A DNA stretch of 64,000 nt from a virus: positions 1 through 64,000 of the IMG/VR virus record IMGVR_UViG_3300006927_000001. The stretch is one strand, 5' to 3'. The translations under genes were made by a program, and so were the position numbers. Every line of letters starts with the position of its first letter. The first letter of the stretch is position 1. This document shows, one piece after another, positions 28,299 to 38,008 of the stretch. The notes beneath the pieces were generated by a model. The model made no database searches. It was not told the origin of the DNA and saw nothing but the letters and a program-made list of their open reading frames with translations.

Positions 28299-28808
28299 TC
28301 ACTCCTTGTAATTGTACAACTCAAAATCCTCGGCACCCCACCGACGAACTTGCTCCTTTATGCATCCATCTACATACCAATCTTGATCATCAACATCACC
28401 AATATTCAAATGTGGAATGTTAATAGGTAAACCAGCATTCACCAAACATGTTTCTATATTTTCTACTTGCCAATAATCACACGGAGGTTCAAAACCACGC
28501 ATCATTTCAGAAATTGTAATGTTGAAAAGACCACTACGTAAATGTTCAAAGACAAAAACGTCCCAAGTACATCCATTATGATATTTGACCCAATGAGCAA
28601 ATAAAGAACGAGCACGATCATAGGGATTTCGAACAGTTACACAAAAATTACCTTTAAATCCAAAAGGAATGGATGTAGTATGTTTGTCAATTTGACCATC
28701 TAACTGTGGACCCAATACTAAAACACCTGGCGGACATAAATGACGATGCAAGGACGTCGTATATGTCTTTGGTGGACCAATGATACAATGATTTCGGATC
28801 AATATCAT
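28299..28808 (-). CDS. Sulfotransferase_2-like protein (paralogue of 39340..39864)
   Basis: PPKTYTTSL, VRNPYDRARSLF, terminal DFELYNY. Confidence 0.75.
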   Translation of the reverse strand: MILIRNHCIIGPPKTYTTSLHRHLCPPGVLVLGPQLDGQIDKHTTSIPFGFKGNFCVTVRNPYDRARSLFAHWVKYHNGCTWDVFVFEHLRSGLFNITISEMMRGFEPPCDYWQVENIETCLVNAGLPINIPHLNIGDVDDQDWYVDGCIKEQVRRWGAEDFELYNYKE

Positions 28809-28811
28809 AAT

Positions 28812-29027
28812 TTACTCTTTTGGCATTATTATAAATCTAAATTTGTAAATTTCAGAGAGTGATTGAAGTAATTCAATCGTTGGATTCCCTTTATCATTTT
28901 CAATGTACCATAAATGTTGTCGACCAATACCAGCCCTCTGTGCAGCTTCATGTCGGGACAGTTTCGCTTTTGCCCGTGCAGCTTTTAATTGATTTCCGAT
29001 CATCCGTTTCTCCCTTTCATTTACCAC
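28812..29027 (-). CDS. XRE-family HTH regulator
   Basis: IG.QLK.AR...LS..EAA..AGI....L..IE...GNPTIE.L. Confidence 0.85.
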   Translation of the reverse strand: MVNEREKRMIGNQLKAARAKAKLSRHEAAQRAGIGRQHLWYIENDKGNPTIELLQSLSEIYKFRFIIMPKE

Positions 29028-29033
29028 AGATCA

Positions 29034-29708
29034 TCATTCAACAATTCCTGACCAGTAATTCATACATTCAGTAAGTTCTTTAAATGTGGGACGTGTATCT
29101 AGCACACGGTTTAATGTACAAAAATCCATACATTCTATGACACGAAAAACAATTGTAGTTCCTACACGTACAATTGGTTTGATATTTTGTCGTAATCTGT
29201 AATACCACAAAATACAAAATTCGTATATTCCTTGTTGCATTCCCCACATGAAATCTTGATCCAAAATCAACCCACCATGATTCATGTACATAAACCAGTT
29301 TTTGATAACATGAGAAGCTGTAGCTTTACATTTAAAAGCATCGATGAACATCAAACGTATGCCACAACCATTCCACTTGTATTTTTGAATGTCTCCTTCT
29401 TGAACATGTAAGCGTACACATTCTTCAGTATTTTTGAGGAATAATTCACGAAAAGATTCACCAACGGTGCCACCTTTCATCCATTCTTCCCAAATGAAAC
29501 GATCATAACAAAAATGATTCTCATTTCTTCGTAAATGTTGATTTAACAAGTCTGTTGAAAGACCTAAATATGTGCCAAATTCAATTATTTCACCATGTGT
29601 GTCACCAAGATCACGTGGAAGACCTTTTCTTAAATAACTAATTTCTGTAGGTGACAATGCCCCTTTAATATCAGAGAACTCTCGTTGTTTCCAGAAAAGT
29701 ATGGCCAC
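29034..29708 (-). CDS. Class I SAM methyltransferase (Methyltransf_24/TylF-like)
   Basis: IIEFGTYLGLST, CYDRF, LMFIDA, GGLILDQD. Confidence 0.75.
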   Translation of the reverse strand: MAILFWKQREFSDIKGALSPTEISYLRKGLPRDLGDTHGEIIEFGTYLGLSTDLLNQHLRRNENHFCYDRFIWEEWMKGGTVGESFRELFLKNTEECVRLHVQEGDIQKYKWNGCGIRLMFIDAFKCKATASHVIKNWFMYMNHGGLILDQDFMWGMQQGIYEFCILWYYRLRQNIKPIVRVGTTIVFRVIECMDFCTLNRVLDTRPTFKELTECMNYWSGIVE

Positions 29709-29764
29709 AATTTTTGCACTCCCATTTTACCAATTCTAATAGACCCACTAACCCTGATTCACAT

Positions 29765-30097
29765 TCAGGGCATGAAGGAATCTTCAATGTCGTCAATGTC
29801 TTCAAATCCTTCAGGAGGTTTGCTGGCTCTTGTACGACCTGCTGCGGAAACATGCAAGTATTGTTCCAACGCGTATTCAAGGTTTCTTCGCTCATGTTTC
29901 ACTCCTTCTTTGTCCACTACCAATTTATTGGTCTGAATTTCCACGCTATTTTCTTGCCAATCCTCTCCTGCAAGTTTAGTTTCATGAGTTTGTGTGATCC
30001 CATTCCCAGATGTTGCGATCCAAGAAGCAATGATATGGGAAATGTTTGCACAATGTCCTTCATAGTTAGGAACTTGTGGATTCAAAATCACTTTCAT
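29765..30097 (-). CDS. Hypothetical protein
   Basis: Coupled ORF. Confidence 0.45.
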   Translation of the reverse strand: MKVILNPQVPNYEGHCANISHIIASWIATSGNGITQTHETKLAGEDWQENSVEIQTNKLVVDKEGVKHERRNLEYALEQYLHVSAAGRTRASKPPEGFEDIDDIEDSFMP

Positions 30098-30291
30098 TGA
30101 TAGACTCTTTCATAATAGTAAATATTAGTGTTAGGTACCCGTCTGTATACATGCACAGGGATAGAACTTGTAGGTTTTTCAATAAAATCAACAGGTACAG
30201 GTACCCTACATTGATACAAAAAAGTGTTGCGATAGTTGCAAACTTTTATTTGCATACCATCTGCAGGTCCGCGTTTTAGTACAATGATCAT
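30094..30291 (-). CDS. Small GPxDG-motif phage protein
   Basis: LKRGPADG...HVY. Confidence 0.5.
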   Translation of the reverse strand: MIIVLKRGPADGMQIKVCNYRNTFLYQCRVPVPVDFIEKPTSSIPVHVYRRVPNTNIYYYERVYQ

Positions 30292-30295
30292 TAGC

Positions 30296-30733
30296 TCACT
30301 CCAATTGTTGTATGGCCCTTCTCATCATGTTAATTGTTACTCGACCATCACCTTGGGCGGCTATTTCTTTTGCTTTTTCCATGATTCGGAAACGTCGTTC
30401 GTCTTGCTGTTTTCTTAACCATTCAAAAGTTTCTGGCTCGTAAGTGATTTTTATTTCTGGTTGAGTCAATCTTCGTGTATGTGCTTCTACTATTTCTCTG
30501 ATTTCTTCAAGTAAACGTTTATTATCCGCACGTTCCCGTTCAAGATTTTTGAAATGAGGAAAGTAATCCACCACTCTTGATTCAGTTATCGAAATACAAC
30601 CCAAGGCATCAAATGTAGATTTCTCCCAAGGAATACTTGAATCATGTTCAACTGCAATACTAATAGCAGATGTAATATCAGGAGCAATAACTGTCATACT
30701 GTGACCTTTATGGTCAAGCTTATACAAATTCAT
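30296..30733 (-). CDS. Hypothetical protein
   Basis: Likely start MNLYK at 30733. Confidence 0.5.
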   Translation of the reverse strand: MNLYKLDHKGHSMTVIAPDITSAISIAVEHDSSIPWEKSTFDALGCISITESRVVDYFPHFKNLERERADNKRLLEEIREIVEAHTRRLTQPEIKITYEPETFEWLRKQQDERRFRIMEKAKEIAAQGDGRVTINMMRRAIQQLE

Positions 30734-30734
30734 A

Positions 30735-31331
30735 CTACCATCCCCATTCTTGACGATTTGACATGTAACCCAGCGTCGAACACCCATCACCCAAATGTTT
30801 GACAAGTGTAGGACTGTGACAAAATAACGCAATATTCAACTTTTCCAAAGCTAAACTTAAATAACCATCTATGTGTTTGTTTTCTGGTACACATGTCGGC
30901 ATAACTTCAAATAATTGTTTGGCTACATCAACATGCATACAAAAGAACAAAGCACCACACAAACCAAAACCAGCTTCTACCTGAAACCAACCTTGAATTT
31001 CTGATCTATGATGTACAGTAGACAAATATGGACTGTACACATGATCAGGATACAAATTAGAAAGGACATTACGTAAAACAGGTTTTACAATGAGATCATC
31101 TTGAACAATTCCAAACCAATCTGTACAATTGTCACAAGCATACGATAATGCTCGCCTCCAATTAGTGTATGCACCTAAAGTTGTTTGATTCTGAATCACT
31201 TGACAATCAGGTTCAACAGAATCAGGTTCACAAAAAACTGTAATATTTGTAAAATCCGCAGTTTTCAAACTTGATACAGTATTATGTATTACCACCTTTG
31301 ATCTAGGTGCAGTTGTCATCATCAATTGCAT
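30735..31331 (-). CDS. GT-A fold glycosyltransferase-like (paralogue of 61616..62311)
   Basis: TTAPR, VFCEP, LGAYTNW, VQDD, HID, HSPTLVKHLG. Confidence 0.7.
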   Translation of the reverse strand: MQLMMTTAPRSKVVIHNTVSSLKTADFTNITVFCEPDSVEPDCQVIQNQTTLGAYTNWRRALSYACDNCTDWFGIVQDDLIVKPVLRNVLSNLYPDHVYSPYLSTVHHRSEIQGWFQVEAGFGLCGALFFCMHVDVAKQLFEVMPTCVPENKHIDGYLSLALEKLNIALFCHSPTLVKHLGDGCSTLGYMSNRQEWGW

Positions 31332-32170
31332 AACATTTCATCCATTTCAATTGAAAGAACAGGTTTTTGTGACACTTGATGAATCTTTATTGCCTGTAAA
31401 TGACAACTTTCTACAAATAATACAGCAGTTGATTGTGCGTATACTTGACCTTTCCATTTACCATACGGTCCTGCAGTTTTTCTACGTTCAGCTGCAATTT
31501 TTGCTGGGTACATTTGTATAGAAGTTGCACGTATGTTATGATTCTGTAACCATGCTTCCGTGATTGGACGAAAACGTTCCAGACGATGAGTACAAATACT
31601 TTGAAAAGATCTTGGACAAAATAAAGGTCTGAGACGACGAATTTCCTCTATGTATGCTTCTTGATCATCATCAAAGATTGATGGATCTTCACAAATAACA
31701 CCATCCATGTCTATCATCATACTCGTTGTCAACCAAGATTGATGCCAATTCCAAGCAAAGATCCTTGGATTTGGGATCACTCGCTCATAAAGTAAAGGTC
31801 TATTCAGTATCGAAGCATACAAACATGCAGGCAAGATCGTGTGACCATTAAAATTTTTAAATTTCACATTTGCACGACCTTGTGTCAATGTATTAAGTGT
31901 TAAAAGAGACTGAACACTGTCATCTAATAGTAATAGTGTAGCTCCTTTTGGTATTTCACTGTCGATCCTACTACCGCCGGATTCAAAACCCGCATTAGTG
32001 TAATGACTTATGGTGGTAAAAGGTACATTCAAGTGTGTAGCAAGATGAGCAGCAGGAATCACACCACTACGAGGAATACCTATGACTCCATCAATTTTGG
32101 GCAGCTTGCTCGCAAAGGATACTACATCCTTATGCATTTGGGCCCAAGATACATAATTTATTCTTTCCAT
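31322..32170 (-). CDS. Phosphoribosyltransferase + HAD phosphatase-like fusion
   Basis: GIPRSGVIPA and LLLDDSVQS (type I PRTase); IDMDGVIC (HAD motif I). Confidence 0.75.
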   Translation of the reverse strand: MERINYVSWAQMHKDVVSFASKLPKIDGVIGIPRSGVIPAAHLATHLNVPFTTISHYTNAGFESGGSRIDSEIPKGATLLLLDDSVQSLLTLNTLTQGRANVKFKNFNGHTILPACLYASILNRPLLYERVIPNPRIFAWNWHQSWLTTSMMIDMDGVICEDPSIFDDDQEAYIEEIRRLRPLFCPRSFQSICTHRLERFRPITEAWLQNHNIRATSIQMYPAKIAAERRKTAGPYGKWKGQVYAQSTAVLFVESCHLQAIKIHQVSQKPVLSIEMDEMLCN

Positions 32171-32694
32171 GCCGCAACTCCTAAATTAACAGGTCCATGA
32201 TCTATGCCTCGTGGCTTGAAAATACTTATTGGTTCTTTGAAACCTACATCCTGTAACAATTTAACCAAAGATTGGAAAGTGAAACAAGACTTGTGAAAAT
32301 TTAGACCAGTACCTTCTGTCTCATAAGCAAATAAACGACCATTGATCCATGTCATGAAATCATCATGAGGATTCATACGTCGCCAATCATCAGGTATTTC
32401 TTCCTGAATAAATGCCGAAGTCACAACACGAAAATTCACGGTCCATACTTCAAATGATCCACCAGGTTTTAGAATCCTATATACCTCTTTCAAAGCAGCA
32501 TGTACCCTATACCAAGGAACGTGTTCAATGACATGACTTGCATACACAAGATCATATGTTTCATCTTCAATGGGAAGAAGATCGTTACCCCAGAAACAAT
32601 GATACGTGGCTGGTTGATTCAGGTCCGCTGTTAAACTGTCAAAGCCAGCAACAGGATATTCTCCGGGACCGATCTCAAGACTTTTCATGTTCAT
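32158..32694 (-). CDS. Methyltransferase type 11
   Basis: LEIGPG, YASHVIEHV, RILKPGG. Confidence 0.85.
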   Translation of the reverse strand: MNMKSLEIGPGEYPVAGFDSLTADLNQPATYHCFWGNDLLPIEDETYDLVYASHVIEHVPWYRVHAALKEVYRILKPGGSFEVWTVNFRVVTSAFIQEEIPDDWRRMNPHDDFMTWINGRLFAYETEGTGLNFHKSCFTFQSLVKLLQDVGFKEPISIFKPRGIDHGPVNLGVAAWKE

Positions 32695-32843
32695 ACTCCG
32701 AGTGAATTAATGTAATCAATAAAATCAGATACATAGTTTTCATGGAAAATATGACCGAAAGGAAATTTTTCCAACCAAGCATCCACGGATTGTGATGTAA
32801 ATAAAATTATCAATTTTTCACGAACTATCGCCTTATTCATACC

Positions 32844-33110
32844 TCAAGTTCCTTCAAGTGGGTAATCACAATCTTGTATCCATGTATCAAATGAATAACA
32901 CCAAGATCGCCCAGTGTGTCCTAACACACATTTGTAGCTTTTAAATTTAATACAAATTTCGTGGGTAGATCGTTCAAAACCTGGGATATGTCCTTTCGCA
33001 TCTACATGAAATGTGTTAATCATTGCAGTCTTATTGGCTGCGTCACATGCTTTGTCAAAGTTGGTGTTTGTGCGATATATTCGAATTTCGATTTTTTCGT
33101 TCAATTTCAT
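32844..33110 (-). CDS. Hypothetical protein
   Basis: Coupled to thyA stop. Confidence 0.5.
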   Translation of the reverse strand: MKLNEKIEIRIYRTNTNFDKACDAANKTAMINTFHVDAKGHIPGFERSTHEICIKFKSYKCVLGHTGRSWCYSFDTWIQDCDYPLEGT

Positions 33111-33940
33111 ACTTCCAGTTCTCCAAAATCAATTGCGGGATGATACTTATACAGAGACAAGTACGCTGTCCAGGATTCAAAATCCTGATCATCTTTAAAC
33201 TCTACGTGAACCATTGGTAACTTGTGAGGTGAACGTGAGAGTTGTGTAACAATACCCTCATGTTGGTTCTCATAAATGTGAGCATCAGCAAAATTAGCAG
33301 ACAATCCACCGACACTCAATCCTGACCACTTAGCCAAGAGATGCGTTAACAAAGCATATGATGCAATGTTCGTTGGAACACCAACAGGAAAGTCACATGA
33401 ACGTTGATGCCAATGCATATGGATTTTACCACCATATACAACCACGTTCCATAAGACGTGACAAGGTGGTAATGCCATACGCTCATGCTCATCTGGTCGC
33501 CAGGCTGATACAACCATACGACGATCATCGCCACCCCTTTTCAAAGCAGACAATACGTGATCAAGTTGCCCATGAGCATTCCATTGAGCACCGTAGACTG
33601 GTCCAAGATCACCTTTTCGGTAGATTTGTTTGGCTTCAGGATCAAAGATTCCGCGATCATTGAGATTGTTTGCCCATTCTTTCCAAAATGTACAACCATT
33701 TTCCTCAAACTCAGCTTGAGTCATCCTCCCTTCAATAAATGAACGAAGTTCACCAGCCATCCCTTTCCACCACATTTGTCGTGTGGTAATGAACGGGAAT
33801 CCATCAGCCAGGTCATGATCAAACCTGAGATGCGGAAGACCAATCGTTTTGTTCTTTGTTTGACCAGATTCTATACGTGTTGGACGTTTTTCCACACCAC
33901 GTGTATAAATACGACCCAAAAGATCTAAGTAAGCTTTCAT
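33107..33940 (-). CDS. thyA: Thymidylate synthase
   Basis: DLGPVYGAQW, RRMVVSAW, MALPPCH, QRSCD, NIASY, DAHIY. Confidence 0.95.
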   Translation of the reverse strand: MKAYLDLLGRIYTRGVEKRPTRIESGQTKNKTIGLPHLRFDHDLADGFPFITTRQMWWKGMAGELRSFIEGRMTQAEFEENGCTFWKEWANNLNDRGIFDPEAKQIYRKGDLGPVYGAQWNAHGQLDHVLSALKRGGDDRRMVVSAWRPDEHERMALPPCHVLWNVVVYGGKIHMHWHQRSCDFPVGVPTNIASYALLTHLLAKWSGLSVGGLSANFADAHIYENQHEGIVTQLSRSPHKLPMVHVEFKDDQDFESWTAYLSLYKYHPAIDFGELEV

Positions 33941-34434
33941 TTTAGTACCTCATTGACCCAAGCAGGTGAACGACAAATCTTGTGAGCCAATTCATCGATT
34001 GTCATTTGTGGATTACGAGACAATATCTTTACTAAATGTTTCTTGTATTCTTCAGGTTTCGTTTCAATACGTGGTTGACTTGGAATTAGAACTATCGATT
34101 CAGTATCATCTAATTTTACGATATGAATTACAATAGTTTTCCAACCCAGCAACTTTGCCACATGTACCCGAGCCAAACCATCAATTAAGACGGCATTTGG
34201 ACCCTGAGCACGACACAAGATTGGATTTTGCTGTCCAACTGACTCCATATTATCTTTCAGTTCTTTTGAACCATATTGACAAGATCGAATACTCTCATAA
34301 ACGATCTTGTCAATTGAAATCGTTTGAAGACCAGGTTTTAATTCACTATCATCTTCCGGGGGTGGAAGTTTGCTGACAGGTGCAATTAAGCAAATGCCAC
34401 ATGTCTGCAGAAATGATCTGCGTTCAACTTTCAT
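33937..34434 (-). CDS. ParB-like protein with Tat-like N-terminus
   Basis: Start MKVERRSFLQ; GQQNPI, LIDGLAR, C-terminal HTH similar to the 63220 gene. Confidence 0.7.
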   Translation of the reverse strand: MKVERRSFLQTCGICLIAPVSKLPPPEDDSELKPGLQTISIDKIVYESIRSCQYGSKELKDNMESVGQQNPILCRAQGPNAVLIDGLARVHVAKLLGWKTIVIHIVKLDDTESIVLIPSQPRIETKPEEYKKHLVKILSRNPQMTIDELAHKICRSPAWVNEVLK

Positions 34435-34553
34435 AATATTTCCATGTTCGCCACGCATCCAAGGATGCTTGATTCCAAAAAATTCTTGCACGTTCAAGTG
34501 AGGATGTACCAGCACATTCCCATAAATTCAATCCACCACATATTCCTACAAAT

Positions 34554-34781
34554 TCACGGAAAAAACGTTTTCGTATTTCGCGATATTTTTGGTTGGTTCG
34601 TTTTGTCTGTTTGTTTGGGGTATCCCCTCCTGTCCAAGCAACTTTCATCCTCAACCTCCTCTTTAGATTCAGAATCTTCTTCGTCCCAATCATCCTCAAA
34701 TTCCTCAAATTCTTCGTCGCCAGCTTCATCTTCATCCTCTTCATCTTCGATCCAGCCATCGTCTTCAAGTTCTTCACTCAT
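34554..34781 (-). CDS. Extremely acidic small protein
   Basis: First ~48 aa mostly Asp/Glu. Confidence 0.5.
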   Translation of the reverse strand: MSEELEDDGWIEDEEDEDEAGDEEFEEFEDDWDEEDSESKEEVEDESCLDRRGYPKQTDKTNQPKISRNTKTFFP

Positions 34782-35020
34782 GTAACCACCATTGTAAAAG
34801 GATTATTCCAACAAGCATACAAGACAAAACACAAAAAATCCAAAAAAGAAGTACATTGAATTTACGTTTGATCCAACAAGTTGTACAAGTATCTTCCTCT
34901 ATCAAAAGAGTTTCTTGATCACATTTTGGACATTTCATTTTACTATTCTCCCTGTAACATTCGATCCGCTTCTTCCATCTTCCACAATTACACGAAACTT
35001 AACACCTTTTTGTTCAACAT

Positions 35021-35281
35021 TCATTTGAATTCCTCCCAAACAAGTTCAAATGCACGAAACGCAGCAGGACGAAATGCTGTATTCCCGCGAGCAAAATTGT
35101 TCACCAATTTAACAGTCCCTTGTTGATGCTCTTCTTCATACTCAGGATCAAGAACTTCAATTGCCCAAGTATTGATGGCATCAAGTTCTTGTCCAAGTTT
35201 TTTCATTTCAGCTTTGATTGTTTCAACCCGGCGAGCTTTGCGATAGGCAGCAGTCTTAATGTCCATTTTGTCATCCTCCAT
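35021..35281 (-). CDS. Hypothetical protein
   Basis: GGAGG RBS before MDIK. Confidence 0.55.
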   Translation of the reverse strand: MEDDKMDIKTAAYRKARRVETIKAEMKKLGQELDAINTWAIEVLDPEYEEEHQQGTVKLVNNFARGNTAFRPAAFRAFELVWEEFK

Positions 35282-35635
35282 ATACGATGTAAATACCAGC
35301 GATCACAGTAAATGATACCAAAATCGCTATAAAACTAACCACACCTGTAAGCATGAAACTATCCAAAGTTTCAGCTTTCATCTTAGCTGGCCAAGGTTGA
35401 TAAGGGCACCTTCATCACTGATAAATGTATTGTCTTGATCACGTACTAGTCGAATAACGATTTCACTTTTCATCGTCCAAGCTCTCCTCAATACATTCAC
35501 GTGCTTCTTCAGCACCTTTACGAAGTTCCGAAAAACTACGACCGATGTTCTTTGCAACGCTCGGCAAGCGATTTCCAAAAAACAACAAAGCAATCCCAGC
35601 AATAATGAACAATTCAACGTGGCCCGGCATACCGA

Positions 35636-35833
35636 TCATTTGTTAAGCCTTTCAATTTCTTTGTTAGCACATTTCTCATAAAAGTAACCCATTAAAGCAT
35701 TATAAGTGTTGAATACTTTATGAGTTGCACATTCTTTACAAATTTCACATGTGCGTCCCATCTTTGTTTTGTACGCTGGCATGTTCGACCTCTGAATTTG
35801 TACATGATCGTCACTTGAATCAAACATGTTCAA
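35636..35833 (-). CDS. Hypothetical protein
   Basis: GAGGA RBS; CxxC. Confidence 0.4.
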   Translation of the reverse strand: MNMFDSSDDHVQIQRSNMPAYKTKMGRTCEICKECATHKVFNTYNALMGYFYEKCANKEIERLNK

Positions 35834-36065
35834 TCCTCACCCAACAGGCTAAAAAGGCTTGTTTGCAACCACCACTGACATCTTTACTGAAATGTAATTT
35901 ACGATCCCACCGATCAGCGGCAGCCATACGTATCAATTGATCCTCGATCGATCGCCTAAACTCATGGAATCCTTCTTCAGAACGTGCAATCTGGATTGCG
36001 GCGGCAATGTCTTTCAATGTAAGGGCTTGTGTACCCTCAACATCGATCTCATCCTTGGTCTTCAT
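35820..36065 (-). CDS. Hypothetical protein
   Basis: ORF in operon. Confidence 0.45.
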   Translation of the reverse strand: MKTKDEIDVEGTQALTLKDIAAAIQIARSEEGFHEFRRSIEDQLIRMAAADRWDRKLHFSKDVSGGCKQAFLACWVRIEHV

Positions 36066-36153
36066 GCTTTAACCTTTGGTATATTCTAAGTAAATTGATG
36101 ATATTGACACGTAATTGATTCCAATCCAATCACCGGTGCATCAGGTCCAGCAA

Positions 36154-36513
36154 TCATCGCCAATCTTTTCTTTGCTTAATATTGCGACGAATAGTTTCTT
36201 TTTCTGCTACTGTACCAAAAGTACTGTCAAAGTTTTCTTTGTAAGCAAGCATCCAAGCGTCCAACAACCCTCGCCCCATCAACATTTTTCCTTTCTTGCT
36301 TTTAATACTAGACAAATCGATACCTAATTTAATAGCAGTATCACAAACAAAACGACGTGATTCTAGTTTCAGTTTATGTGGTCTAATTTTGGGACCACGT
36401 ATCCTTGCCAATTCTTCACAAAGACGTATTATTAGTAAAACGTCCTGTTTATTTGGCATCCTTTTTGGTTCTAATTTCTCATTCATCAAAAAATTAGCCC
36501 ATTTATCAATCAT
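36154..36513 (-). CDS. Hypothetical protein
   Basis: Coupled to nuclease gene. Confidence 0.5.
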   Translation of the reverse strand: MIDKWANFLMNEKLEPKRMPNKQDVLLIIRLCEELARIRGPKIRPHKLKLESRRFVCDTAIKLGIDLSSIKSKKGKMLMGRGLLDAWMLAYKENFDSTFGTVAEKETIRRNIKQRKDWR

Positions 36514-37442
36514 ACTCCCCTTCCGGTCATTTTACGCAGATACTTTGCTTTAGGTGAATCACCTTCAAAGATAGCTGCTTGTGCAGATAAAGTTTCACAA
36601 CGCTCATCTGATTTTTCACGTGTCATCTGACGGAAGATATGTCCACTTTGAATAATATCCCAAAGAGCCTTATATTCGTTGAACACACTTATTTGAAAGT
36701 CTGGAGTGATCTCACATCGATGCTGAGCTACACGTGGCTTATCACCCCATGCAATCTGATCAATAGAAGTCATCATTTTTCCACCAACTGGAACACCAGT
36801 GATCCAACCGTAGGTTGCTAATTGAACAGCCCAAGTATGTTGTTTGACTTCAAGATTTGGAATCGAATTGTATGCAAAGTCACCTTCAAACATGACATAT
36901 GCATCTTTATGAGGACCATTTACACGTCCAGTAATTGCACGTATGTCAATGTATCCACCAACAGGTGAAGCTTTAGAGCAATACCCATTGACTTTCCAAT
37001 CATGTGTTACAGGAAATTGTGGGAGTACATAAGACAAATCAGGTTTTCCAAGCAAAGGAACACCATTGATGTCTTGTTGAGCAGTAAATTCCATTCGTAT
37101 GTCTTTGGCTTTACTAAGTGTTGACATCAATGAACGAAGTGCACCACTTGACGTGTACATTTCCATGACTTCACGACCAGCTTTCCAAGCAAAATCAAGA
37201 TTTTGAGATTCCACTTGTGTCGTCATGAGACTATCAAGATCAAATTGTTCATTTCCTTTTCCAAAGATAGCATCATGAATATAACACTTGACATAGGCAT
37301 CAAATGCAGAACCCACCGACATTGGTTCAGTTTGCGGATAACGTGGAGGACGATTATCTGCTAGATACTGAAGAAAGTATTTCTCAGTGTTAACACGCCA
37401 AACACCAAGAGCAGACGGACTCAAATATTCAGGGATTCTCAT
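36510..37442 (-). CDS. PD-(D/E)XK exonuclease (Cas4/RecB-like)
   Basis: YLSPSAL, GSAFD, GKPDL, DWK, QLATY. Confidence 0.75.
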   Translation of the reverse strand: MRIPEYLSPSALGVWRVNTEKYFLQYLADNRPPRYPQTEPMSVGSAFDAYVKCYIHDAIFGKGNEQFDLDSLMTTQVESQNLDFAWKAGREVMEMYTSSGALRSLMSTLSKAKDIRMEFTAQQDINGVPLLGKPDLSYVLPQFPVTHDWKVNGYCSKASPVGGYIDIRAITGRVNGPHKDAYVMFEGDFAYNSIPNLEVKQHTWAVQLATYGWITGVPVGGKMMTSIDQIAWGDKPRVAQHRCEITPDFQISVFNEYKALWDIIQSGHIFRQMTREKSDERCETLSAQAAIFEGDSPKAKYLRKMTGRGV

Positions 37443-38008
37443 TTTTTTCCACGCCTTACAACGGGTACAAACTTTTGGTTCACAAACTTCACCTTGTTGG
37501 TAGTCATGTACAATGAGACACAACCCATGATCCCTGATCCAATCATACTGTCGTAGGGAAAAAGATCAATGAGCATTTTTGTATCTTTCACATAAAGATC
37601 GATCGGCTGGACCATATACAACTTTCTTACCGTCCCAGACACACCAAACCGGTGACCTATAGACACCGGATCTGTATCTTGGTTGCGGGTTTCTAGCTCT
37701 GACAATCACGAGCATAGCTTTACCTTTCTGTCGTCTGTCATTTCAACAAGTCCTTTGTCAATTAAATCGATCTAATAATCATTCTTCTGCCTTTGATCTT
37801 CAAATTGGATAAAAGGAGATACAACACGTAAAACAGCTACACCGTCAATACAAACCCAGAGCTTATGACCTAATGTTCCAATTTGAACACCCACAACTTT
37901 AGAAGCAGTGTAATCTTGTAAAATGATCTCTTTCCCATTCTTATCCAACATTATTCAGACTCCTTACGAACACGGATCGGTCACAACCACATCGTTCACA
38001 TACTTCAC

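Noticed and set aside
33107-33940. dCMP/dUMP hydroxymethylase for DNA hypermodification
   Set aside because: Retains canonical ThyA motifs including the dUMP-specifying Asn in NIASY.
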